A stretch of DNA of 64,000 nucleotides from Octopus sinensis (taxonomy: Eukaryota): positions 21,823,360 to 21,887,359 of the forward strand of contig NC_043019.1 in NCBI RefSeq assembly GCF_006345805.1, read 5' to 3'. The position numbers were made by a program, and so were the translations under genes. A model generated the notes under the pieces. That model saw only the letters and a program-made list of their open reading frames with translations. It was not told the DNA's origin and searched no databases. Every line of letters starts with the position of its first letter. Positions within the stretch are counted from its first letter, which is position 1. Shown piece after piece: positions 1 to 11,752 of the stretch.

Positions 1-152
1 AAAACGTTTGCATGCAGCACACATCTGTCGGTGACTAGGTCACAGTATTATGTAACATAATTTTCAACTTCATATTACAAACAATATATGCTTAAAGGAA
101 GTCTTTGCATGCTTCCAAATGGCTAACTTGTATCTTCCATGCAGCGATTATA

Positions 153-368
153 TGAGGGGGCGCTGAAAAGTTCCTAGCTTTGAGTAAAAGAAAATACAGG
201 AGGGTCAGTTAATTGTGATTTTATTGAACATATTTCCTTCTCAGATTCACACACTCGTTGCAAAGGCCCTTCAGGTTTTCAAAGCCTTGTAAAAGAACTC
301 AGAAGGTTGAGCCTCCAACAAGATCTTTCGCGATGCCCTTAAAGCCAGGATCTTTTCAGCACCCCCAA
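153..368. mobile_element. Tc1/mariner-type MITE
   Basis: Imperfect ~28-bp TIRs (tgagggggcgctgaaaagttcctagcttt ... aaagccaggatcttttcagcaccccca), TA on both sides (151-152, 369-370), no coding capacity. Confidence 0.7.
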
Positions 369-676
369 TATCTGCTTGGCTTTTCTAATCCCTTTTTTCC
401 TCTGCATATGCATGTATATCGATATGTATATGTGTATGTACATGTGTGTATATGTGAATGCTTGTGAGAGAAAAAGAGTCTTGTTTCTGCATTGCTTCAC
501 TTTGATGCTATTTGAGCAAAAGTAGTGACGCATGTTTATGTTGCTTGGGAAACATTATGTGCCATTACTCAGTTGTTTCACTGTATAACAACAACAGTGA
601 AACAAAAACAAAAAAAAAAAACTGGTATGTGAAAAACCAGCCAGGATTGGCAGCAAGAAGGGTATCTGGATGATAT

Positions 677-1080
677 TATTAACCATCTTACAAACAATAA
701 CTCTGAGCACCTTTTCAAACTCCACCTGTCTAACACCCGTGGACATGTTTACAAAGTCAGCAAACAGCACAGCTCCCATGACTTTCAAAAACATTTTTTC
801 ATGCTAAGAGTTGCTGAAGCATGGAACAAACTGCCGGCATCAGTTGTAAGTTGTCGGAGTACTACATCTTTCAAAATGACCATGCTTCCTGAGATTCGCC
901 AACACTACACCTGATTTTTCTCCCCTCCATACACATGGAAGCATGTATCTGACTCATACACTGTTCACTTTCCAGACATTTGTACATTACTGCATATACT
1001 TTATACGCACTTTTTGACAAGTTGTGGTGCACCTGAGCACTGTATACAATAATTTCATTATTATTATTATTATTATTATA
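677..1080 (+). mobile_element. CR1-clade LINE 3' fragment (ORF2 C-terminus, 3'UTR, (ATT)n tail)
   Basis: Encodes ..RGHVYKVSKQHSSHDFQKHFFMLRVAEAWNKLPASVV.., the typical CR1 C-terminal motif, and ends in an attattatt tail. Homologous to 16558-16836 and 18030-18490 but with a longer 3'UTR. Confidence 0.85.
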
Positions 1081-1417
1081 AACAGTGTCTTTACAAGTTA
1101 CATCAAACCCATACCGGTTTGGAGAAACAGACGTAAAAATAATATGGCAACACAACTGATTTTGTTTCTTTATCTCTTGGTAATTGTGTGTGTGTGTGCA
1201 TGTTTGAGAGTGTACACACACACACTATATTTTTATGGCATTGGTAACCACACACTGAAATTACTGAGCTATGGGGAATTTCGTTTAAAAGATGTGTAAA
1301 CAAGCATCATGGTTTCTCTCCAAATGGTGTTAATGTCAAACGGAAACAAAATTCTCTTACACACACATGCATACATACATACATACATACACACACACAC
1401 ACGTATGTATGTATATA

Positions 1418-1570
1418 TATAAAAGAAGTAATGGTTTCACTGAGACCCAAAGGTGTCGTTGAGACCCAAAGGTGTCAGGTAATGCTGAATAAGTGCTATA
1501 GACAGACCATAGTTAAGTTCCAGATTAGGTAATATTGCAAATAAAGGGTTCAACGTTGGTTCTATGTTCA
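1418..1570. repeat. Dispersed repeat, second copy at ~26835-26975
   Basis: aaaggtgtcaggtaatgctgaataagtgctatagacagaccatagttaagttccagatt...aaagggttcaac is near-identical at both loci. This copy has a 19-bp internal tandem duplication at ~1441-1478. Confidence 0.85.
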
Positions 1571-1577
1571 GCGTGTG

Positions 1578-1716
1578 TATATAAGAATTTTTTGCGTAAT
1601 AAGATAAAAAACCAAGGCTGTATAGATATTAGAACATTTATAGATAGAGCATTTATAGATAGAAATGCTCTAATATCTATACAGCCTTGGTTTTTTATCT
1701 TATTATGCAAAAAATT

Positions 1717-1724
<8 letters not shown>
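1578..1724. repeat. Near-perfect foldback: 62-bp inverted arms, 23-bp spacer
   Basis: 1578-1639 is the reverse complement of 1663-1724 with 2 mismatches; the right arm runs into (TA)n. Confidence 0.9.
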
Positions 1725-1754
<30 letters not shown>

Positions 1755-1838
1755 CACAACACACACACACACACACATATACACACATACATGTATATAT
1801 ACACACACACACATATACATACATACATGCGTGTATAT

Positions 1839-1900
<62 letters not shown>
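1719..1900. repeat. Compound (TA)n/(CA)n microsatellite
   Basis: Direct reading of the sequence. Confidence 0.95.
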
Positions 1901-1903
<3 letters not shown>

Positions 1904-2040
1904 GGAGAGTTTACGATAAAAACAAAAGACGAAGACAAGTGGTGTACAAAACAAACAGATGTATTAGTATAATGCTCAGGAATAGAAAAAGTCTTTTACG
2001 TTTCAAGCCTACACTCTTCTACAGAAAGGGACACAGAAAA
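1901..2040 (-). mobile_element. Probable Penelope-like pLTR relic with degenerate hammerhead
   Basis: Minus strand reads cttt-CTGTAGA-A-GAGT gtag GCTT-GAAAC-GTA-aaag at 1993-2028; abuts (TA)n. Confidence 0.45.
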
Positions 2041-2349
2041 CAAGGAGAGAGAAAAAAATGTGTGTAGTGGCTTATGTATGTATGTAATATGATGAAGGGA
2101 ACACTGGCAAGTTATTTTTAAAAAACCATTAATAAATTTAACGTAAAAGGCAATTTTGGGAAAGAGAAGGAAGAGAAAGAAAGAAACTAACAGAAAATGA
2201 TGAGTGAAGAAATATAGTGTGATAGATGAGTGGAAATAAAGCTTAAAAGCGTGTAAATAGACATGGCTCCAAGAACAATAACACACTACAAAATGATTAA
2301 TAACACCATACCTATGTAATTTCTAATGTCTTTTTAGTTATTTTTGTTT

Positions 2350-2432
2350 TAGCTACTGATGAGTACTTTCTGACAACTCAGTTTCTTAAATATGAATTTC
2401 TTGTCTTTCTGTACGAAACAATTGTATAGCTA
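2350..2432 (+). ncRNA. Type I hammerhead ribozyme with intact core
   Basis: Stem I tagcta 2350-55/2427-32; CUGAUGA 2356-62; stem II GUAC 2363-66/2411-14; GAAA 2415-18; palindromic helix III ACAAUUGU 2418-25; GUA cleavage triplet 2424-26. Confidence 0.8.
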
Positions 2433-2667
2433 CATGAATAAAAAGATTTCCATCCATATTAACATCTAATCTCCTCCACTTACATAATTATGAACGAATT
2501 TGATGAACTCTGTTTAATAAGTTAAATCATATACTTAATATTTCTGTATAACTTTTCATATCTACACAAATTTACACTAGTAAATCCCAAAATAAAGTAT
2601 GAAGAAACAATGTTAGAAATCTTTTGAAATTACTCCAATTAAAGGACAAACTCGCATTCAAACCCTT

Positions 2668-2718
<51 letters not shown>

Positions 2719-2900
2719 ATATCTATATTTTTGTTACTTTTCATTTGTCTTGCTCGCTTACGATTTTGGTATTTGCTAAATTTTCTCGAGAACATTTCTT
2801 ATTGGTAAGACCATAGCTGATCTACTTCTAATATTAGGGTGTCCACATAGTGGTAATCTCTCTTATATGTATGTAATAGTATATATAAACATATATTCTA

Positions 2901-3030
2901 CCTTTCATCCTTTCGGGGTCGATAAATAAAGTACCAGTTACGCACTGGGGTCGATGTAATCAACTTAATCCCTTTGTCTGTCCTTGTTTGTCCCCTCTAT
3001 GTTTAGCCCCTCGTGGGCAATAAAGAAATA
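2901..3030 (+). mobile_element. SINE family E, 5'-truncated
   Basis: Matches the 3' half of the copies at 19165-19588 and 29353-29590. Confidence 0.85.
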
Positions 3031-3789
3031 TATATATACACACACACACACACATAAACATACATAAACACACATACAATAGGCTTCTGTGCAATTTGTC
3101 TCCCAAATCTCATGCGGAACATATTGGTTGACCCAAGGCTACAAAAGGATCAAACCCAAAATACCACACAGTAAGAGAAAACCCCAAATCACATGGTTGC
3201 AAAGCGAACTTCCTAACCACAAATTCATGTCGGCTAAAAAGACTTTGTAGCATTCAATTTCAGCAAAGTTAACACCAAGATGTACTAAGCCATTCCTGTT
3301 TGCTAAGTAAAAAAAATAATAAGTACAAGACAAAATACTGAGTTGAGTGAGGTAATATAAATGACTAAAAGTGAGAAAATGTCTGAAAGTGGTGTTTCTT
3401 CAGCATGGCTGCAGTCAAAAGATTGACATTAGTAAAGCATTTTTAGATATGGTGTTGATATTTATCTTTCATCACAATACACCAGAGATCTCAACAGTCC
3501 ATTGAAAATGCATTTAAAGTCTATGATATAATGCTTTGTCACCAGTAAACACTATGATTCCGATGAGCCAACAGGGTAGCAAATTAGGAATTATGTAAAC
3601 ACAAAGAGTGTGTGTGTGTGTGTCTGTACACATATATACATTAGAGAAGCTAAAAGCAAGACTGAAGGTGGTATTTTTTGATGGGCAGGATGCTTTTGAC
3701 TTGAATTTATCTTTTGTGTCATGTGGAGCAGAGAATGAGATTGAAAGCTAACTGAAGGACTAACTTGAGCTATGCCAATGTACATGTGC

Positions 3790-3809
3790 CACACACACAC
3801 ACGCACACA

Positions 3810-3876
<67 letters not shown>
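3790..3876. repeat. (CA)n(CT)n microsatellite
   Basis: Direct reading of the sequence. Confidence 0.95.
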
Positions 3877-3880
<4 letters not shown>

Positions 3881-5244
3881 CTGCGGCCATACTTTACAAA
3901 GATAAGTGAGGTAAATGATTTAGGAATGTCTGGGGAAAGTAGACTGATGCCAAATGTTAATATAAAAGGCAGTAAATAAATGGTAGATATAAAATTTTTC
4001 AATGAAATTTTAAAACTAAAGCCATATTTTCAGGCCAAATCACCATAACATTGTGTATAAGGCTGGACCTTAAAATTCCAGGCATGATCTTTTCAATGAC
4101 CTTTCCCAATTTCTATCCACCCCATATTATTTACAGGGTTTAGGTCAACTTAAGGCTATGGTAAATGACATTTGCCAATGATGTCATGCAGTGGATTTGA
4201 GCCCAAGACCTTGCAATTATCAAGAAATTTCTTAACCATTCAAACACACAAAGAAAACCAAGCACACAGAAAAGAAATTCTATCCTGACAGAGATTACAG
4301 ATGCATGATAACAAAATCTCTCTTTATTAAATAGTTTCGCTTCCTGTTGTAATAAACATCTAAAAGGCAAATACTATTACATTATTCATAGTCTGCGCTG
4401 TATTTGCTCTGGTTGAAACCAACCGATCTGATGCTATCTGAGATTATCAATGGATTTCCAACTCTATGAACAGAACAAAGAACCATTCTATACAGATTCA
4501 TCTGATCCATAGACGTAAAGATAAACTAAATAGAGGAGAACACACAGAAGAAAAGTATTCATCAAAATGGAGAATATAAATATACATACGTATGTGTATA
4601 TATATATATATATATATATACATATATACACATACGTATGTATATTAATCATTTTGGGTTGGCTGTGGTTTCATGTTTTACCTTATCAGCTTGGTTGAAC
4701 AAGCTAAGGTGAAACATGAAGGCCCAGCCAGCTCAAAATAATAAATATGAGTGAATGCATATATATATATATATATATATAACTTAATGTGCAAGTTATA
4801 CAGTTCTACTATCAAATAAGCGGTTTGTATTTTAGTCGTTACATAGAAATTGATTGAGAATGCCAAAGATGTGTGTGCATGTGTAATACAATAGCTCTTA
4901 TGTACTCAAATATCTCTGATACTTTTGGCTTTCCATAACAAGTAGCAAAAAGCAAAATCTTCAGGAAATATTTCAAAGTAATCTCATGTACCTCACTTTA
5001 CAAAATTAAATTCTCTCCAACGGTATAATGCGTACGTCTGTACGCATGTGTGAACATAAATGTGTATGTGTACCCATGCAAGTGTGTATGTGCATACGGG
5101 TACATGATATAACACCATTAAATTGAATAAACCACAAGAGAGAGAAAGCGAGTGAGACAGGCAGATAAGACATATATAAAGAGACAGATAGGCACACAAA
5201 CAGTCAGAGAGAGAGACAGTTAGAGAGACAGGCAAATGAAGAGA

Positions 5245-5935
5245 CAGCTTGACAAATAGAGACAGCTAGACAGATAGAGAGATACACAGACATATAAACA
5301 GACGTAATGGTCTCTACTGAGTAAAAAGCATTTCCACTAGATCAGCACAAATTCATAGGATGGATATATTAAACAATCTGGTTACATCATACACATTACT
5401 CATATAGCATACATCAAGACGCACACTAATACTCTTTACTCTTTACTCTTTTACTTGTTTCAGTCATTTGACTGCGGCCATGCTGGAGCACCGCCTTTAG
5501 TCGAGCAACTCGACCCCGGGACTTATTCTTTTGTAAGCCCAGTACTTATTCTATCGGTCTCTTTTGCAGAACCGCTAAGCAACTGGGACATAAACACACC
5601 AGCATCAGTTGTCATGCAATGCTAGAGGGACAAACACAGACACACAAACATATAGACACACATAATATATATATAAATATACATATATATACGACAGGCT
5701 TCTTTCAGTTTCCGTCTACCAAATCCACTCACAAGGCTTTGGTCGGCCCGAGGCTATAGTAGAAGACACTTGCCCAAGATGCCACGCAGTAGGACTGAAC
5801 CCGGAACCATGTGGTTGGTTAGCAAGCTACTTACCACACAGCCACTCCTGCGCCTAATGTGTATGTACACACACTCACACAGGGCTAACCACTCAAATTC
5901 CCTTTTTAACAACAACAATAACAACACACACACGA
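5245..5935 (+). repeat. Diverged paralogous segment of 11215-11480, interrupted here by SINE B
   Basis: Shared tttccactagatcagcacaaattca..ggat, caagac.cacactaa and cacagggctaaccactcaaattccc in the same order. Confidence 0.8.
5431..5853 (-). mobile_element. tRNA-derived SINE family B, young full-length copy
   Basis: Minus-strand head has A box (gtggctgtgtggt) and B box (gggttcagtccc), an internal (TA/TG)n and a (gagtaaa)n tail; ctaat duplicated at 5426-30 and 5854-58; near-identical to 28540-28948 and 45581-45987. Confidence 0.9.
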
Positions 5936-7860
5936 AATATTTTCAGCTATTCACCAACAACAAAGTAGAGAAGGAGTAAAAAAAAAATACAACTGTTGTT
6001 GTCATTTTGCAGCAATCTATCGCCTTTTAGGATTAATGAATTAAATCAGCATAATGATGATGTTACAGTTTACAGCAGTCTAAATTTCTAATTTCTTATG
6101 AATCAATCAAGCACGAAAATAAAAATTTAAAATGTAAAATGTAAAAAATATAAAATGAAGAAAAGCAATAACCATCAGATTAAAGTGTTTTTAGAATAAT
6201 TTCACTTGGCAAGGCCCAGGGTCAATCTGTGTCAGGGAGAAATGGAGCGAAATAGTTCTTCAAATGTTTTTTTAATTCGTGCCATTGTGCTAGAACTTCA
6301 TTTATTAAACCCATCAGGCAGGGTCGTGTGGTAAAGAAACTTGCATCACAGCAGCTACATAACTTTCTGGTTCAATCCCACTGTGTGGCATCTTGGACAA
6401 GTGTCTCCTCAGCCATTACCTAGAACAAACCTAGGCTGGAAAAAGCTCATCAGATGGACTGTAACTATTCCATGGGGCAGAAGGCCTAATCCATCACCTA
6501 GTTCAATTTAATACTACCTTCCCCAATTGGTTCATGGATGACTTTAGTGGAGTCCCCGTTGAAAGCATCTGGACTAGGTATGGCTGTATGGTTAAGTTTT
6601 GCATCTGGACTATGTATGGCTGTATGGTTAAGTTTTGCAATTGTCCACGATTTGATCCCAGTGTGTGGCAAAACTTAGGTTGATTTAAGCCATGTGATTA
6701 CTGGGCAGAGGGAACTCAGCTGGCCTGGCCTTGTCACATATTGCAGATTTGGCCTAAGAATTAAAATAAAGGTATACATTTCTGTGGAATAATGAACAGC
6801 ATTACTTATATGACAGTGATCCTTGTTTACAACCATCATGCGGCATCAAGACAAGGGAACACACACACACAATAGACTTCTTTCAGTTTCTGCCTACTAA
6901 ATCCACTCACAAGGTTGGCTTGAGCTTACTATAGAAGATGCTTGCCCAAGGTGCTACACAGTGGGACTGAACCAGAAAGTAAGCCTTTTAAACACACAGC
7001 CTGCATCCACTCGCAAGCAAGTATGAGTTAATAACCTGTACTATGCTTTTGTTAAATGTTTTAAGTGTCTATGTAGATGTGAGCAGACACAGACATTATC
7101 TCAGCCTTCCCATCCTTGAACCAGTGGGACATGAAGATGTAACAACAAGTGTGGAGAAAGAGAGATCCACAATGGCACACAATTGGGACTCATTTCCAGT
7201 TGAGTAGACTAACACAATGAAATGAAGTGCCTTGCTCAAAGACACAATGTGCCACATGTTCCAGAAATCAAACCCACAACTTTGTGCTCATGTGCCCAAC
7301 ATCCTAGTCACTAGGCCAAGCATGGGTGACCTTTTTTGAAAAGTGGGCCACATGAGGCATGGCCTATCATCAGGAAGGCTATGCTACAAAAAAATTTCAA
7401 ATTACTTTATCATTAGACATGCCATTCTGAAAACTTCACAACGTATAAGTTGTCCATAACTGTTCTAGACCCAAAACCTTCACACACAAACACAGAATAC
7501 TTTATAGGTCCTCCATTGGTCAAGGATGAGTATGCACAAGTATGTGCAAACTTGGGTATGATCATTTGAGCATGCAAATCTCACCTATCTACTGGAGGGC
7601 CACTACAACTAAGCACAAGTGTCATTGCAGGTGTTGCTGTCAGAAACACAAAGAGCCAGAATTAGACACCACAAGCTATCTTTACCGACACCCATAACAG
7701 CTCTGCTAGTCTACTATGATGAATTGTTACCCTTTCTTATCAAACCTGAAAGAATGTAAAGCAACGTTGAAGTTGGTGGGATCTAAACTCAGAATACAGA
7801 GGACACACAGGAACCAATACCACATGGTATTTTATCTTAATAACTGCCAATTCACAACCT

Positions 7861-8233
7861 TACTACTACTACTACTACTACTATTACCACCACCACCACT
7901 ACTACTACCACTACTACTACTACTACTATAGCAAGGGTGTAGTTCATTCATGCTGTTTGCTTGTTTTGTTATTTAATCACTGGATTAGTAAACGCTGCAG
8001 TGATATCAGATGTAATCTACCTTCATAAATCTGATATATCACTGCAGTGTTACTAATCCCATTTACTACATAACAAAAGAAGCAAACAGCATGAATGGAC
8101 TGTGCACTTCTTTCTTTAGTAGTAGTAGTAGTAGTAGTAGTAGTATGTGGTAGTGGTGGTGGTAGTGGTGGTGGTGTGGTAGTGGTGGTGGTGGTGGTAG
8201 TAGTAGTAGTAGTAGTATGTAGTGGTGGTGGCG

Positions 8234-8266
<33 letters not shown>

Positions 8267-8290
8267 TTTGGTGGTGGTGGTGGTGGTGGT

Positions 8291-8323
<33 letters not shown>
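7861..8323. repeat. Foldback: ~85-bp inverted arms (7929-8011 / 8029-8117) extended by inverted (CTA/CCA)n and (TAG/TGG)n microsatellites
   Basis: cattcatgctgtttgctt.ttttgttat...ggattagtaa..ctgcagtgatatcagat is mirrored on the opposite strand. Confidence 0.85.
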
Positions 8324-8939
8324 AACAATAAACAACATCAATAATACCCTAGTATTTACAAAGTGAATAGGAAAGAAAGGAGGAAGGGGCAGCTGGAGAT
8401 TTTCTTTATCTATGCAAAAATAAATAAATAAATAAATAAATAAAAAATAATAATAATAATATAAAGAAAAATAAAGAAAAAAAATAAAACAAGCACATAC
8501 AATGATTCCTATGAAAGCTCTTGTTATTTTAACAGATTGATTGGACAGTCGAGAAGAAACTAGAGATATATTTAATAGCAGACCAACAAACAATTATATA
8601 CAAGAGATTACGAAATCCAACAATAAGAAATACATACATAAATGCACTCACACACACACACACACACACACACACATGCATTGATATATAACACATGTGC
8701 ATGTGTAGAGGAAATGAGATTTCATTGAAATGAAGGTTTCTTCATAGAAGACATACAAACGAGGTAGAAGAAGAAAACAAGAAACATAAATTAGGTACTT
8801 AGTTATTATATCTTGAACGAGATGAATTTTTTTTTTTCAGCTGTATGTAGTAATTGAAAAATACTTGTAGCTATGAAATACTTGTAGAAAAAGCACCTTC
8901 ATTCTATTATCAATGTACTATTGTTGTGCATGTGAACAT

Positions 8940-8992
<53 letters not shown>

Positions 8993-11752
8993 AATAGTGT
9001 GGCAGGTAACTGAGAACATACTAAAAACACAAAGAAAAGAAAATGCATCAAACAGAGAAATAAGAAAAAAATGAAGTATTCCAAAAAAATAGAACACACT
9101 TCCAATTGGTTACATCAAAGAAACAGGCTATTGAACAACTATCCTCAACCATAACTGCAACCCCGACGCAGCCACAGAAGCAAATGCATGATACATGGAT
9201 CACACCATGTGGCCCTCACCCATGCCACCCATCATACTCATGACACCAGTCTTCAACAAGTCCTTGGTAGATAGTTCCTCTATGACTGATTCTCCAGACA
9301 GCAGTCCTGGATTCAAATCAAATACAAATGGTTTCATTATGCTAGGGGACTGGTTCTTCCACAGATTGGAAGACATGAACAGCCTTTTCTAAATCATGTA
9401 GGGCTTGTACCTGATGTCCTTGTGCACCACACATCTAATAGTTAAAGTTTACCACCTCCAGCTGCTCAGTGATCACCCTCATCAACCCTTTGGGGGGTTG
9501 TCATTTATGAAGTCTTGGACTAGCTGGATGAACTCCACCATTCTGACAGCATTTGAGTTCACAAACAGCATGTCATATCCTCACCCCTACCCCAGAGTGT
9601 ATTTCTGTCAGTATTTATATCAATGTGCCACTCATTTCTATCTTGTACTTATTTTATCATTCTCTATTGGTCAAATCACTAAGTTACAGGACATAAAGGA
9701 ACATAGCATAAACATCAAAAAATTTAAAACCAGTGTAAACAAACTATTAGTAAATGCACAACCTCAAAATAGTTGAGACCACATCTCAAAGATGGGCCCT
9801 TCTCTTCAGGACCAGAAAAACTACTCCAGCTCCTCACAATTACAAACACCCTACAAAGTTCAAATGAAGCCTACAGTCAACTAATGTTCTCAGACCTGGG
9901 ACGAAACTGCTACAGTACACACAGATGTCCTAGACTGCATCCAGTTATTACACAGCGTTGTCTACCAAATTTCAGCCACAAAGTATCAGTTACTCAAAAC
10001 CAGAACTATAGCTGAGAAAGACTTGTGCAACATGCCCTGAAGTGGGATCAATCCCAGAATTCTATGATAGCTAAGAAAACGTTATATCCACAAAGCCATT
10101 TTTACACTAGTGATAACAGCGAATAGTATATCACTTACAGATATTTTTACTTTATGGTTTCATAAATCAATCAATCACATCAGACATTATTCATCAATAT
10201 AAAACAGACCATGCTCTCACTTTCACTCTCTGATTTTGAACTTAGTTATTGTAAATGTATATATAGTAACTGAACTGGCAACACATTTCATCACAAACCT
10301 AACACCATCACCACTACCACGAAATTTTTCAATTTGAAAATTCAAATTCAGGAAACTGAAATGGTTGTCTAAAAGTGAAGTTCAACAATTAAGTTGTGTT
10401 GGTAAGTAATCATGCAAATAAAAACAAACTTGAATGGAAATTCAATATAAAAAGAGAAAAAAAAAAAACATTAATTAAATTTTTTTTCTTTATTCAAATT
10501 CATCTTTCAGATGGTTTTTGCTTCTTGTATATTTTAAATTTTTTCTTTCCAATTTGACCTGATCTGATTTAATTTAAGATTCAATTTCAATTTTATTTAA
10601 GAGAGAAAAAAAACTCATTCAATCTCTGCTATCATTAATTCTTATTTATAAATTCATAAAAAGAGCAGCAGTTTTATACATTTAAAAATAGAAGCCAAAA
10701 TAAATAGAGTGATAATGAAAGACAAAAAAATAGACAAACTTGAACCAAAATTCTCAGTCCAGGATCAAAATTAATGTTCAGCTTCATCACCTTTGCAGTA
10801 TCAAACTTTATTTTACTACTTAGTTAAAACACCTTCAAAGCTTAGAACCAATGATGAAGCCGCTATATAGTTATTTGGCATGCTAGAAAGAGTAGTCAAA
10901 TAACACTACCATCTTTAAACAAAAAAGTAAAACATTATTTAATATAATTTCAGATAATTTTGAACATAATTGGATTATCGTCAGTGAAATATTAAACGAT
11001 CTAAATTAACCTGGGATTAAACAGCTAAGTTTAAAACTGAGCCTCTATGTGATTACTTAAAAACCTGCTGTTGCAAGCATTTGGACCAAATCTCTGACTG
11101 CCTTCTCCCTTTATTTGCCAGTCTTTAAGGCCTCTCTAATCCTGCTAGAAAGATCATGTATGCTTCTAAATTCCTCATCTGACTAATTGTTAACCAAGTG
11201 ATTTGACAAAAAGCTTAACAAATAGAGACAGCAAGACAGATTGAGAGATACACACACACTTATGGAAAGACATAAAGGCCTCTATTAAATAAAGAATATT
11301 TCCACTAGATCAGCACAAATTCAAAGGATGAATATATTACAACAGTCTGTTTACATCAATACATATTACTCAAATAACATACACCAAGACACACACTAAC
11401 TTGTATGTACACACACATGGTCATAATACACATTCTATCACACAGGGCTAACCACTCAAATTCCCATTCAAAAAAAACACACAAACACACACTAACATAT
11501 GCAGGTGTGTTGAAACTGAAGCATTTAAGATGAACGATTTTTAACCATCTAAACCAAGGGTTGGTGGACTTATATCACTGAGCCCTTTGTGGAATCATTG
11601 ATAACTTATCAACTCCTACCAGGTAGATTTCTAAAATAAAATTAAAGTGTATAATTAATAAAAAAAATAAAAATAGGATTTCTTGATTTAAAAGTAGTAA
11701 CTCCTTCATTCTTTTGTGTCATTACTGCTTTATAACAAGAACTATTTACAGA

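Noticed and set aside
1525-2067. Symmetric 126-145-aa ORFs on both strands
   Set aside because: Produced by the palindrome plus (TA)n/(CA)n tracts.
9100-10015. Complex unique region with several 65-123-aa ORFs
   Set aside because: No recognisable motif or consistent splice sites in any frame examined; possibly a very old TE.
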